A DNA stretch of 50,381 bases from Verrucomicrobiota bacterium (lineage in GTDB: Bacteria > Verrucomicrobiota > Verrucomicrobiia > Limisphaerales > CANJXF01), in assembly GCA_038214755.1 (NCBI GenBank), contig JBBQRQ010000028.1, positions 1 through 50,381 on the forward strand, read 5' to 3'. Below the pieces are notes generated by a model. That model did no database searches. It was not told where the DNA came from and saw nothing but the letters and a program-made list of their open reading frames with translations. A program made the position numbers and the translations under genes. Below, one piece after another: positions 17,416-27,274 of this stretch. Positions within the stretch are counted from its first letter, which is position 1. Each line of letters begins with the position of its first letter.

Positions 17416-20223
17416 TTAATCAGCAACGGATTTCAGATCGCGAATCAAATTTTTTCCGTTGGCCTCTTCGACCGATTTGACGATGACGAGGTATTGATTA
17501 GCCCCGCCCAGTTGTCCGTTCCATCCGAGCGTGACCGTATCAGTCGGCTTAAATCGCTTCACATAAACGCTCGCCGAACTGGTGGCAGAACTTACTCCAA
17601 TAATTTTTTCATCGGTCTTTTTCCAATCGGCCAGCAAGGTGGGAAGTTTGGCGAGGTCGTTGTGCGCTACATACACATCCGATTCCTGGGCCACGCGAAA
17701 CGTCGCCAGTGGATTTGTTTTATCGTCGCTGCTGTCGTTGGCGGTTTGAATCCATTCCTGGCCGAGTAAAGTTTTCGGGATGGATTTAAATTGATACTTG
17801 CGATCGGTGAACATTTTGTCGCCGACGCGCAGATTCTTTTGCACCAGCCACGACAACACATGGGCAAAATTTCCATCGCGAAAAAGTTTTTCTGAAACGA
17901 CTTTGCCTTGGGGATTCCAAATCGTCGCTTTTCCAACGCACCGGTGGTTGACCCAAGAAGACTCAGATTTTTTTTTCTCGTTCGAATGCCACTGCGTCCA
18001 AACATTCGTGCCGTCCTCGCGATGTTGCCATTGCCAGACGAGTTTGCCTTCGTCCGTCCAATAACTTTCTTCGCCGGTTTTTTTACCATCGCGATAAGTC
18101 ACTTCATGTTGCTTTTGGCCGGCCGGATAAAACGCGGTTTGCTTTCCATTCAGCCAGAAAGTTCCGTCCGCGAAATTTTTCGCGCTCGAACTGATCCGCG
18201 CTTTCCCGTTGGGATAATTTTCCTGCTCAGTTTTTGTTTCTGCTTTGCCACTCGGTTTCGGCAGGGGAACTGCGTCTCCTTCCTGTGAAATCCACGCTTC
18301 GTTAAACTCAAAGTGCAAGCTCGGATGGTTCATACTTGTGATGAGATGAATGCGTCCGTTCGGCGCCTGGCGCATGACGCAATAACCAAGCGTGCCATCG
18401 GAGTGACTCGATGAGGCGTGAGCCGTAATTCCCGGAATTCTCGATTCGTGCGGCAAGGTTTGCGGAATGGATTTGAACTTCCACGTTGTGCCTTCGTCCT
18501 CCGAAATCGCGACATACGAACCCCGTTTCGAGAAACCTTTGGGTTGAACCCCTTTGATGTCTTGATAATCGCCAGCGACCAGCAATCGTCCGCTCGCCAG
18601 GCGAATGATGCACGGACGCTGATTTCCGCCCACCGTCGGGAATGGAGTTTTGGTGGGTGTTCCCCAAGTTTTTCCGCCGTCGCCAGAGAGGACTTGCGGC
18701 ATGAAGCCTTCAATGCCGGTGTTCTTTCCGCCCAGCCCAAGAATGCGTCCGTCTTTCAACAGAACAAAAGTGGTGTGACGCCCAGCCGTCCGACCGCCCG
18801 CGTCCCCCCAGGTTTTTCCCTCGTCGTGGCTGACCCAGAGCATCGAGTCATCTTCCGCACCATCGGCGGCGACATACATCGCGCCTTTCTGGTCGCGAAA
18901 ACCCGTGTTGATCGGTTGCGCGCGAAAATCAATTTTGCCCGTCGTCGGTTTGATGAAACGAACTTTGCTCCAGGTCGCGCCGTTGTCTTTCGATGAAGTC
19001 CAACGCAGGACAACGTCGAGAGTTGTGGCTGGGCCGCCCCAAAATAAATTCAATTGTCCGTGGTCGGTCCAAAGCATCGGCGACGCGTCGTTCATGTCGG
19101 GCAAATCGAAAAGGTAATCGGGCATGTCCCATTCGTCGGCGCCGAAGCGAAGCCGCGTCGCAATGAGCGCGACATCACCAGTGTATTCGTCGTCGGAAGT
19201 GTAATAAACCGCGAACACATCGCCGTTCGGACAAACTTCCACGGCTGGACTGTGATTGTGCGGCAGAAAGGAGGGATGCAGACCCGCGGCGAGCGTGGCT
19301 TCTTTGGTAACGTTCTCGAGCGGGATGGGGAGAATACTTCGACGTTTGAAAAACGGCTGTTTTAGATTCGCACCGAACTGCGCGAAGTTCGTATTTTGTT
19401 TCACGGATTGGGTGACAAATGGCGGAAGATTTTTCGCGGGAGGCGTTTTCACGGGAGGCGCTTGGACGATACGAAACCCAATGGGCATCTCTCCGCTGTA
19501 ATCAGGAACGCAACCGCTGCGATTTGCTGAACGCGAGTAAAAATTCTGAATGAACGGATCGAAATTGGCGGTTCCCGGTTGGCGTCGCGGAGTCATCCCT
19601 CCGCCGCGAATAATGCGAGCGATTCCGGTTCCTGGCCCAACCGGATCGGTTTGTTCTTCCCACGAATAAAGCCCGTGCCAATCCAAACACCATTCCAACG
19701 CTCCGGTGTGCATGTTGCGCAAACCCCACTGGTTCGCCCAGTCCGCTTTCGGCGCGGAATCGCCCGACGCAAAATGCGTCGTGGTTCCGGCACGACAGGC
19801 GTATTCCCATTCCGCTTCCGTCGGCAAACGATAATGTGTTTTCTCTTTTTGGCTGAGCCATTGGCAGAAAGCCACCGCATCATCCCAACTCATTCCACCC
19901 GCGTAAGGCGCAATTTTTTGAACTGTTTTGAAATCCGGACGAAACTGACGGAACTGCTCCTCTGTGATTTCCGTTTCAGACATCAAAAAGTCTTTTGAGA
20001 TTTTTACTTTATGAACCGGACGCTCGTCCCAATCGCCATTCGGAAGGTGGGCCGGCCCGCCGAGTCGCGGCGTTGGAGCTTCATTTCCCATGAGAAAAGA
20101 GCCAGCGAGAATTTTCAGCAAACGCATGCCGAGCGAGTTGGTGTGAAAAGTTTTTTCAGTGATTTGAGCGTTGGCCAATTGGCTTACCGCCAGGAGAACA
20201 GCTATTACAATTTGTTTTTTCAT
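17416..20223 (-). CDS. Secreted multidomain protein: FGE/SUMF1-like domain, BNR (Asp-box) sialidase-like domain, MORN-like repeats and a C-terminal domain
   Basis: 'RLPTEAEWEYACRAGT', 'NQWGLRNMH'; Asp boxes 'SKDNGATW', 'SHDEGKTW', 'SGDGGKTW', 'SEDEGTTW'; 'YPNGKAR..YPAGQKQ..YRDGKKTG'. Confidence 0.85.
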   Translation of the reverse strand: MKKQIVIAVLLAVSQLANAQITEKTFHTNSLGMRLLKILAGSFLMGNEAPTPRLGGPAHLPNGDWDERPVHKVKISKDFLMSETEITEEQFRQFRPDFKTVQKIAPYAGGMSWDDAVAFCQWLSQKEKTHYRLPTEAEWEYACRAGTTTHFASGDSAPKADWANQWGLRNMHTGALEWCLDWHGLYSWEEQTDPVGPGTGIARIIRGGGMTPRRQPGTANFDPFIQNFYSRSANRSGCVPDYSGEMPIGFRIVQAPPVKTPPAKNLPPFVTQSVKQNTNFAQFGANLKQPFFKRRSILPIPLENVTKEATLAAGLHPSFLPHNHSPAVEVCPNGDVFAVYYTSDDEYTGDVALIATRLRFGADEWDMPDYLFDLPDMNDASPMLWTDHGQLNLFWGGPATTLDVVLRWTSSKDNGATWSKVRFIKPTTGKIDFRAQPINTGFRDQKGAMYVAADGAEDDSMLWVSHDEGKTWGDAGGRTAGRHTTFVLLKDGRILGLGGKNTGIEGFMPQVLSGDGGKTWGTPTKTPFPTVGGNQRPCIIRLASGRLLVAGDYQDIKGVQPKGFSKRGSYVAISEDEGTTWKFKSIPQTLPHESRIPGITAHASSSHSDGTLGYCVMRQAPNGRIHLITSMNHPSLHFEFNEAWISQEGDAVPLPKPSGKAETKTEQENYPNGKARISSSAKNFADGTFWLNGKQTAFYPAGQKQHEVTYRDGKKTGEESYWTDEGKLVWQWQHREDGTNVWTQWHSNEKKKSESSWVNHRCVGKATIWNPQGKVVSEKLFRDGNFAHVLSWLVQKNLRVGDKMFTDRKYQFKSIPKTLLGQEWIQTANDSSDDKTNPLATFRVAQESDVYVAHNDLAKLPTLLADWKKTDEKIIGVSSATSSASVYVKRFKPTDTVTLGWNGQLGGANQYLVIVKSVEEANGKNLIRDLKSVAD

Positions 20224-20275
20224 CAGCGTTCTTAAGCAAAATATTTTACAACTGTTTTCATGAGTCCCGAGAACC

Positions 20276-20401
20276 GTAGCCGCCGACGTGAGGAGGCGGA
20301 TTTGTTTCTCCGTCGAGTTCGCCTATCCATGCTGTCGGAGCGCGGAGCATTGCTCCGCTCGATTCGTGATTTGGAACGAGCAGAGCAATGCTCTGCGCTC
20401 C
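20276..20401. repeat. Cluster of REP-like elements (GTAGCCGCCGACGTGAGGAGGCGG plus a GGAGCGC(G/A)GAGCATTGCTC doublet)
   Basis: Palindromic units; the GGAGCGC doublet recurs at 33602-33667. Confidence 0.7.
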
Positions 20402-20405
20402 CTCT

Positions 20406-21425
20406 CTATGCCCTTTGCAATTGGCGAGAGGACACATTCGTCTTCGACAAATCGCCGTTTGTCTTTCGACGATAGGCGAGCAAAAGGTCTTGGCAAAGTT
20501 CCTCCACGACGGGCAAAGCCGACTCTCTCAGGAAAGAAATTTCGGCTTTGCTCAACGGTTGCAACGGCGCGAACACCGTGTCAGAAGCGAAAACTCCGAT
20601 CTCTCGAAGAATCCATTTATAGACGGCAATGGTGGGAGGGAAACCCGGACGGTTCGGTAGTTTCATCGCTTCCAGCAATTGCCCAAGTCTGGCCGCCACG
20701 GCCTTTGCTGCCGTCCAATTCTCGTTCGCGGCGTGGTCGCAAATCTGTTTGCACGCATGCGGAGCGAGATTCGCTACACTGCACACCAGGCCGTGACCGC
20801 CGGCAAACAAACTGAGGTCACTGAGGACACTGGAGCCATTCAAACAACGAAGGGGCAATCCTTCCTTTCGCGCCCGGGCGATTAACTGCCGGAATTGATC
20901 GATGTTGCCGGAACTTTCCTTGATGCCGATGAGAACTCCTTCGCGCGCCAGATCGAGAACGGTCTCGGTGGCGGCCGAAACTTTAGTCAACTGCGGGACG
21001 TTGTAGAGGATGATGGGGCGACTGACCGCCTGGGAGACGGCGCGAAAGTGCGCCTTCAATTCAACCTGCGAATAATCCAGGTAAAACGGGACGACCACCG
21101 CCAGAAAGTCGGCTCCAGCAGTGAGCGCTTGTTCGGCTTTCATAATTGTTCCTCGCGTTGATGCATCACCGACTTGTGCGACCACCGGAAATCGCCCGGC
21201 GACGTGGTCAACGGAAACTTTTACCACCTCGGCGCATTCCGCATCTGACATCGCGTGAAAATCGCCCGTCGAACCGTTGAGCCAGATTCCATTTACGTTA
21301 CCTGCGTCGAGGTAATCAATTTCGCGCCGCAAACTGTCGAAATCTATTTCTGCGGAGTCATGCAAAGGCAACATCAATGGAGGAAGCAATCCTTCGAGGT
21401 GTTTGGCTGAATAGGAAATCTTCAT
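20406..21425 (-). CDS. DHDPS / N-acetylneuraminate lyase family aldolase
   Basis: 'NGSTGDF', 'ILYNVPQLT', Schiff-base lysine in 'IGIKESSG'. Confidence 0.88.
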   Translation of the reverse strand: MKISYSAKHLEGLLPPLMLPLHDSAEIDFDSLRREIDYLDAGNVNGIWLNGSTGDFHAMSDAECAEVVKVSVDHVAGRFPVVAQVGDASTRGTIMKAEQALTAGADFLAVVVPFYLDYSQVELKAHFRAVSQAVSRPIILYNVPQLTKVSAATETVLDLAREGVLIGIKESSGNIDQFRQLIARARKEGLPLRCLNGSSVLSDLSLFAGGHGLVCSVANLAPHACKQICDHAANENWTAAKAVAARLGQLLEAMKLPNRPGFPPTIAVYKWILREIGVFASDTVFAPLQPLSKAEISFLRESALPVVEELCQDLLLAYRRKTNGDLSKTNVSSRQLQRA

Positions 21426-21465
21426 TGTGTAAGTTGGAAGACCGGAGGGCGCAACAACGGCCGGA

Positions 21466-22218
21466 TCAGAAAATGCCGAAATAGATCTGGCGTGATTTCG
21501 CCTCCGAGGCTGCCCAACCGTCCCCTTTCATGGTCGTCAAATCCAATACCAATCCAAAATCTTCGCTGCGGATTCTCTCATATTTTTTGTATTCGACATG
21601 CCCGTCCACAAAAATAAGGTTGCCGCCTTTCTGATGCACGTTCGAGAGGCTTTCATCCTTCAATTTCCAGGAATTGAAAGCACTAGACTCCGCATACATG
21701 TGCCATTCAGAGAAAGAATTTGCGTTGACGTTTAGGGTCGCAATTTCTGCTTGTTGAAACACCGCGTTCATTCGTGCCCACATCTCCTGGATAAAAATAA
21801 TGTTCGAAGGTTTTGAAATCGCGGTCGAAGACCTTCCCAAGACCACGGCGTTTGGGCAGTAACTTGAATCGCTTGTCACCGTCGGTTTCAAATTAAGATC
21901 CGTGTGCTTGACCGCACTTGGACAGGCAAAAATTTTGAAACCGCAATAAGGCACCAGGACTTTCAAGCAATTCGCGGGGGTCGCCGGTTCGTTGAAGTAA
22001 TAGGATGCGACCGATCGGGGGGGCATCTTGCTGGCGTTATCCTGCTCATACAGGTTCAAGGCCAAAGACATTTGTCTCATGTTACTGAAACACTTCGCCT
22101 TGTTCGCCTTATCTTTCGCTTTCGCCAGCGCCGGCAATAGGAGGCCGGCGAGAATGGCGATGATGGCGATGACTACCAGAAGTTCGATCAAGGTAAAAGC
22201 TTGCCGGGTTGTTTTCAT
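21466..22218 (-). CDS. Prepilin-type N-terminal cleavage/methylation protein with H-X9-DG motif (DUF1559-like)
   Basis: '[29 protein letters not shown]', 'CFSNMRQ', '[14 protein letters not shown]'. Confidence 0.9.
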   Translation of the reverse strand: MKTTRQAFTLIELLVVIAIIAILAGLLLPALAKAKDKANKAKCFSNMRQMSLALNLYEQDNASKMPPRSVASYYFNEPATPANCLKVLVPYCGFKIFACPSAVKHTDLNLKPTVTSDSSYCPNAVVLGRSSTAISKPSNIIFIQEMWARMNAVFQQAEIATLNVNANSFSEWHMYAESSAFNSWKLKDESLSNVHQKGGNLIFVDGHVEYKKYERIRSEDFGLVLDLTTMKGDGWAASEAKSRQIYFGIF

Positions 22219-22264
22219 ACTTGGGTAGTTGCGATGAAAATGTTTATCCCTGAACTCGCCAGGA

Positions 22265-22303
22265 GGACATAGCAAAACCGACACATCAGTTGTTAAAATT
22301 GAC
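22265..22303 (-). promoter_or_regulatory. Putative AraC-type operator, site 2
   Basis: GTCAATTTTAACAACTGATGTGTCGGTTTTGCTATGTCC, ending about 47 nt before ATG 22218. Confidence 0.6.
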
Positions 22304-22317
22304 AAAGACTGCTTCTG

Positions 22318-22510
22318 CTACTCGAACAATTCAGTGCCGGACTGCAGAATTTCCAGAGCGACTCGATCTTTCTGGCTGAAACCCGGGTTCAGATATTCCT
22401 GCTTGGCAAATAATTTCCCGCGCAACCCGCGCTGTCGGACGATTCGCTTCAGTTCCACCATCGGTGAGCCGCCAATCAGTTCCAGGATAGACCCGACGCA
22501 GGTTGGCGTA
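22318..22510 (-). pseudogene. N-terminal fragment of a PLP-dependent cysteine synthase family gene
   Basis: 'SILELIGGSPMVEL...LFAKQEYLNPGFSQKDRVAL' ends in a stop shortly after the PLP lysine; the rest of the enzyme is absent. Confidence 0.75.
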
Positions 22511-22611
22511 GTGCGCTGGGGAAAGATCAACTTCGAGGAAACATCCGCGTGCATTGAAACACGATGACTCTGCACAAAAGTTGATTTGAATGGAAGCGGG
22601 AGTTTGATGTT

Positions 22612-22650
22612 GTCAGTTTTCATAAACGAATTGCCATTTTTCCTATGTCT
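22612..22650 (+). promoter_or_regulatory. Putative AraC-type operator, site 3
   Basis: GTCAGTTTTCATAAACGAATTGCCATTTTTCCTATGTCT, about 100 nt before ATG 22751; half-sites GTCAGTTTTCATA and GCCATTTTTCCTA lie 21 nt apart. Confidence 0.6.
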
Positions 22651-22750
22651 CGTTTGCGCCATAAAAGTTAATGAAAAGGGCGAGATTGGGCGGGAAAGAT
22701 TTTATGATGGCTGTCTTGAGTGTTGCTGGAAAATTACCGCTTTCAAATTC

Positions 22751-24286
22751 ATGAATCTTTCCCATTTAAGCTGGCTGGATGGTGTCATCTTCGTGGTTTA
22801 CCTCGCCGCAACCGTTGCGGTTGGCTCATTGTTTTTCAAGGAGCAACGAACCATCAAAGATTATTTCCTGGCCGGACGAAGCATGGGATCCGTCGTGGTC
22901 GGCATTTCTGTGCTGGCTGCCTTGATTTCTGGCATCAGCTATCTCGGCGGCCCAGCCGAGGTCTATGTGCATGGGATTGGACTGACCTTCGTTACTTTTA
23001 GTTTCTTTATCGCCACGCCGGTGACGACGTTGATCTTCCTTCCGTTCTTTTACCAGGCGCGCTTTTACACCGCTTATCAATATCTGGAGGAACGTTTCTC
23101 CGTTCAGGTGCGCGTGCTCGCCTCGTCACTTTTTATTGTGCGCGTACTGTTGTGGCTGGCTTTGGCCATCTACGCTCCCGCGCTCGCGTTAGAGCAAGTC
23201 ACAGGATTGCCGTTGTGGTTCACCATTTTTTGTACCGGAACATTGACGACTTTTTACACGACGCTCGGTGGGATGAAGGCCGTCATCTGGACTGACGTGA
23301 TGCAATTCTTTGTCCTGTGGGGCGGACAGATCATTATTTTATGGGTCGCGATTTCTAATGTTCCCGGCGGGATGGGAGGAGTGATTGATATCAGCCGGGC
23401 GGGCGGGCGACTGGCCACAAGCTTCAGTTTTGATCCGACTGTGCGTATTACTTTTTGGGCCGTGTTCCTCGGCGGGGCCGTCATGAACCTGGTCCAGCTT
23501 GCCGCCGACCAAGTCTCCGTCCAGCGCTATCTCAGCGCCGCGAATCTTCGAGAAGCAAAGCGCGCTCTCTGGATCAAGCTGGGATTATTGGTGCCGGTAA
23601 ATCTTATCGTTTGCCTGTCTGGACTGGCTCTCTATGCCTATTACCATGTCCACGGAGACCCGATTGCGGCCAAAAAAATTGTCAACGCGGATCAGATATT
23701 ACCGTATTTCGTGGTTCACGAACTGCCGCGAGGTTTGCCTGGCCTTTTGGTCGCCGCAATTTTTGCCGCCACGATGTCGGCAACTTCTTCGGGATTGAAT
23801 GCGCTCACCTCCGCCACGCTAGTTGATTTTTATCAACGTCTCTGGAACAAACCAAATCTGGCTGAAACATTCCAACTGAAATTGGCCCGCTATCTCACCA
23901 TCGGTTACGGAGGCGTCGTGATTTTTTTGGCTTTGATTATCGGACGACTCGGAACTTTGGCGGAAGCCAGCGTGAAAGGCATTGGGTTGGTGGGCGGGCC
24001 GCTGCTGGGGTTATTTTTACTCGGGATGCTTTTCAAACGAGCCAACGTGCAGGGGGCTGTGCTTGGCTGGTTTGCCGGGGTGATTGTTTTGGTCCCGGTT
24101 TGTTTCGCCACCCGGATTTCCTTTTTCTGGTATGCGAGTATCGGCTGTGCCGCAACGATCATAACAGGCTTGATCACCAGCAGCTTCTTTCCCAAACCCA
24201 CAGTCCAACAGCTTGATGATCTTGTTTTGCCGAAATCCAAAGGTCTGCAAAACAAAAGTTCAGAAGGCAATGTGGCCTCCAGTTAA
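22751..24286 (+). CDS. Sodium:solute symporter (SSS)
   Basis: 'KDYFLAGRSM', 'TAYQYLEERF', 'GGMKAVIWTDVMQ', 'DQVSVQRYL', 'AATMSATSSGLNAL'. Confidence 0.9.
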   Translation: MNLSHLSWLDGVIFVVYLAATVAVGSLFFKEQRTIKDYFLAGRSMGSVVVGISVLAALISGISYLGGPAEVYVHGIGLTFVTFSFFIATPVTTLIFLPFFYQARFYTAYQYLEERFSVQVRVLASSLFIVRVLLWLALAIYAPALALEQVTGLPLWFTIFCTGTLTTFYTTLGGMKAVIWTDVMQFFVLWGGQIIILWVAISNVPGGMGGVIDISRAGGRLATSFSFDPTVRITFWAVFLGGAVMNLVQLAADQVSVQRYLSAANLREAKRALWIKLGLLVPVNLIVCLSGLALYAYYHVHGDPIAAKKIVNADQILPYFVVHELPRGLPGLLVAAIFAATMSATSSGLNALTSATLVDFYQRLWNKPNLAETFQLKLARYLTIGYGGVVIFLALIIGRLGTLAEASVKGIGLVGGPLLGLFLLGMLFKRANVQGAVLGWFAGVIVLVPVCFATRISFFWYASIGCAATIITGLITSSFFPKPTVQQLDDLVLPKSKGLQNKSSEGNVASS

Positions 24287-24293
24287 AAAAATT

Positions 24294-25103
24294 ATGAGAC
24301 GTTCAAAAGTTTTGGCCAAAATTCGCGCCGGAGAAGTCGCCCGCATCTGTGCGCTCGGCCACTACATGCCTTATTTTCCAAAGCTCGCGGCCCACTTTGG
24401 CTACGACGGAATCTGGGTCGATGGCGAGCACCGCGCGTTTGATCCGCGCGAAGCGCAAGCCTTGATCGCGTTTCATCATCTGGCCGACATCGATTGCATC
24501 TGGCGAACCGCGACCTTGGAAAAAAGCGCGCTCTATCGCTTTTTGGAAGAGGGCGCGACGGGCTTGATGATTCCTCATGTTTCCACGGTGGAAAAAGCGA
24601 CGATGCTGAGCGCCGCCGTAAAATTTCCTCCGCTCGGCGATCGCGGCATTGATGGTTCGGGACTCGACAGCGGCTATTACGTCGGCAGCGAAAATTACGT
24701 CGAATTCGTCAACCGCGAAACGTTTCTCGTCGTGCAAATTGAAACTCCCGAAGCCATCCAGAACGCGGACAAAATTGCCGCCGTGCCGGGAGTCGAAGTT
24801 CTTTTTCTCGGTCCGGGCGATCTTTCACTGCGGCTCGGTTGCAGCGCGGAGTTGGACGATCCGCAGATGATGAAAATGAAAGAACTTGTGGCCAACGCCG
24901 CCAAAAAACATGGCAAAGCCTGGGGGCAACCTGTTTCCAACATGAACGAGGCAAAAAAAATTCGCGACATGGGCGGACAATTTATCGTGCTGGGAAATGA
25001 ATTCCTCGCCGTCCACGCGCATCTGGAAAGTTGCTCGGCTGAATTGGACGAAGCTCTCGGAGGAAAACGCGCCAAACCGGAAGTTGCACAAATCATCCCG
25101 TAA
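24294..25103 (+). CDS. HpcH/HpaI class II aldolase family protein
   Basis: 'GIWVDGEH', 'KFPPLGDRG', 'VVQIETPEA', 'LFLGPGDLS'. Confidence 0.9.
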   Translation: MRRSKVLAKIRAGEVARICALGHYMPYFPKLAAHFGYDGIWVDGEHRAFDPREAQALIAFHHLADIDCIWRTATLEKSALYRFLEEGATGLMIPHVSTVEKATMLSAAVKFPPLGDRGIDGSGLDSGYYVGSENYVEFVNRETFLVVQIETPEAIQNADKIAAVPGVEVLFLGPGDLSLRLGCSAELDDPQMMKMKELVANAAKKHGKAWGQPVSNMNEAKKIRDMGGQFIVLGNEFLAVHAHLESCSAELDEALGGKRAKPEVAQIIP

Positions 25104-25117
25104 CACTTTAGCTCGAC

Positions 25118-26257
25118 ATGAACACCATCACGCTGTTGCAGCCATCCCGAATCGTTTTCGGAAATGGCTGCGCCGCGCAATGCGCCGACTTTCTCATCGA
25201 GCGAAATCTGCGCCGCATTTTGGTGGTGTCGAGTCCTTCCGCCATAAAATCTGTTTCCGTAGTTTTGGATTTGCTCCGCAGCAACCAAATCGAAGTCGCC
25301 ATCGCCCACGTAAAAGCGGAGCCGACGATTTCTGATTTCGAACAAGCTCTGCAAATCGGAAAAGATTTTCAACCAACAGCCGTGATTGGCGTCGGAGGCG
25401 GAAGTCCGTTGGATGTCGCCAAGTTGATTGCCGCGCTGCTCGATGGTTCACAAAACGTTCGCGACGTTTTTGGCATCGGCAAACTTCATGCGCGCAAACT
25501 TCCATTGATTTGCCTGCCAACCACGGCCGGGACGGGCAGCGAAGTTTCGCCGAATGCAATTCTCCTCGATGAAACGGATCAATTAAAAAAAGCTGTGATC
25601 AGCCCTCACCTCGTTCCCGACGCTGCAATGATTGATCCGTTGTTGACGGTCAGTGTGCCATACCAAATTACGGCTTACACTGGAGTGGACGCGTTGGTTC
25701 ATTGCATCGAAGCGTTTGCCAACCGCTTTGCGCATCCGACCGTTGACCTTTACGCGCTGCAAGGAATTCGCTTGATCACAAATTTTTTGGAACGAGCGGT
25801 GAAAAACGGCACTGACCTCGAAGCGCGGGAAAATGTTGCGCTGGGCAGTCTCTACGGCGGACTTTGTCTCGGTCCGGTGAACACGGCGGCAGTGCATGCC
25901 TTGGCTTATCCACTCGGAGGAGAATTCCGCATCGCCCACGGTCTGGCCAACTCCGTTTTGCTTCCGCACGTTTTGACGTTCAACATCAATACTGCTCCCG
26001 AACGTTATGCCGAAATTGCGGCGGCTCTTGGCCTTGAAAAAAATTCGCCGTTGGAAATGGCGAAGGCGTCAGTGCAGAAATTTTCTGTTCTCTCGTGTCG
26101 CTGCGGAATTCCCATTCGTCTTTCCGATTTGAACATTCCCGAGGAAGCGATTCCGCGCATGGCGAAGTCGGCGATGTCCGTCACGCGTTTGTTGAAGAAC
26201 AATGTGCGAACTCTGACCGAAGCAGACGCAGAACAAATTTATCGCAACGCTTACTAA
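25118..26257 (+). CDS. Iron-containing alcohol dehydrogenase
   Basis: 'GVGGGSPLDVAK', 'PTTAGTGSEV', 'DALVHCIE', 'HALAYPLG...AHGLAN'. Confidence 0.92.
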   Translation: MNTITLLQPSRIVFGNGCAAQCADFLIERNLRRILVVSSPSAIKSVSVVLDLLRSNQIEVAIAHVKAEPTISDFEQALQIGKDFQPTAVIGVGGGSPLDVAKLIAALLDGSQNVRDVFGIGKLHARKLPLICLPTTAGTGSEVSPNAILLDETDQLKKAVISPHLVPDAAMIDPLLTVSVPYQITAYTGVDALVHCIEAFANRFAHPTVDLYALQGIRLITNFLERAVKNGTDLEARENVALGSLYGGLCLGPVNTAAVHALAYPLGGEFRIAHGLANSVLLPHVLTFNINTAPERYAEIAAALGLEKNSPLEMAKASVQKFSVLSCRCGIPIRLSDLNIPEEAIPRMAKSAMSVTRLLKNNVRTLTEADAEQIYRNAY

Positions 26258-27274
26258 ATGAAATCATTGCCGCGAATCGGGATTACAATGGGCGACCCAG
26301 CGGGGATCGGCCCGGAGCTTTGCCTGAGAGCGTTGCGCGAGCCGTCCATTCTCAAAATCTGCGCGCCAATAATTTTCGGCGACCTCGAGGCTCTGCGCAA
26401 AGTTGGCAAAGCCATTGGAATCAAACCATCCTTGAAACCTATTGGCCTCGATGAAATATCGGTTCACCAAATTTCATCTGCGGTTGTGCAGTGCGGTTCC
26501 CTCAATGTCGCGTCGCTGCAACCGGGAAAAGTTTCTGCGCAAAATGGCCGCGCTTCATTCGACTATATCCGAGAATCCATTCGCGCCGCCTGCGCCGGAG
26601 CCATTGATGCGGTGGTGACGGCGCCAGTAAATAAAGAAGCGTTGCACAAAGCGGGCGTTCCCTTTCCCGGCCACACCGAAATTTTCACCGCTCTGACCAA
26701 ATCGAAACGCTCCTGCATGATGCTCGCCTCCAAGCCGCTGACCGTCAGCATGGCGACAACGCACATTGGTTATGGCGACGTTCCAAAAACAATTTCGGTC
26801 GAAAGAATTCTGGATGTGATCGAACTCACGCATCAAACGCTCCGCTGGATTAAAAAGAAAGAGCCGCGTCTGGCCGTTTGTGGTTTGAATCCGCACGCCG
26901 GAGAAAATGGTTTGTTCGGAAATCGTGAGGAAGAACGTTTTATTATTCCCGCCATCGAACTCGCTCGGAAAAAAGGAATTCAAATTACCGGACCGCTGCC
27001 GCCGGACACCGCCTTCGTCGCTCGCTACCGCAAAAACTTCGACGCCATCATTTGCCAATATCACGATCAAGGACATATCCCATTCAAGATGCTCGCGTTT
27101 GACACGGGGGTGAACATCACGATTGGTTTGCCGATCATTCGCACCTCGGTGGATCACGGAACTGCCTTCGACATTGCTTGGCGCGGAATCGCCAGCCCGA
27201 CGAGCCTCTACAGCGCAATCCGAATGGCCGTGAAACTGCATCGTGGAAAAATAAATTCGCTCCAAACGTTATGA
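26258..27274 (+). CDS. pdxA: PdxA family 4-hydroxythreonine-4-phosphate / D-threonate-4-phosphate dehydrogenase
   Basis: 'ITMGDPAGIGPE', 'FPGHTE', 'GLNPHAGE', 'QYHDQGHIP', 'RTSVDHGTAFDIA'. Confidence 0.93.
   Translation: MKSLPRIGITMGDPAGIGPELCLRALREPSILKICAPIIFGDLEALRKVGKAIGIKPSLKPIGLDEISVHQISSAVVQCGSLNVASLQPGKVSAQNGRASFDYIRESIRAACAGAIDAVVTAPVNKEALHKAGVPFPGHTEIFTALTKSKRSCMMLASKPLTVSMATTHIGYGDVPKTISVERILDVIELTHQTLRWIKKKEPRLAVCGLNPHAGENGLFGNREEERFIIPAIELARKKGIQITGPLPPDTAFVARYRKNFDAIICQYHDQGHIPFKMLAFDTGVNITIGLPIIRTSVDHGTAFDIAWRGIASPTSLYSAIRMAVKLHRGKINSLQTL

Noticed and set aside
20406..21425. Assigning dapA or nanA, and calling the BNR proteins true sialidases
   Set aside because: Only family-level motifs are present; the specificity residues and RIP motif are not recognisable.
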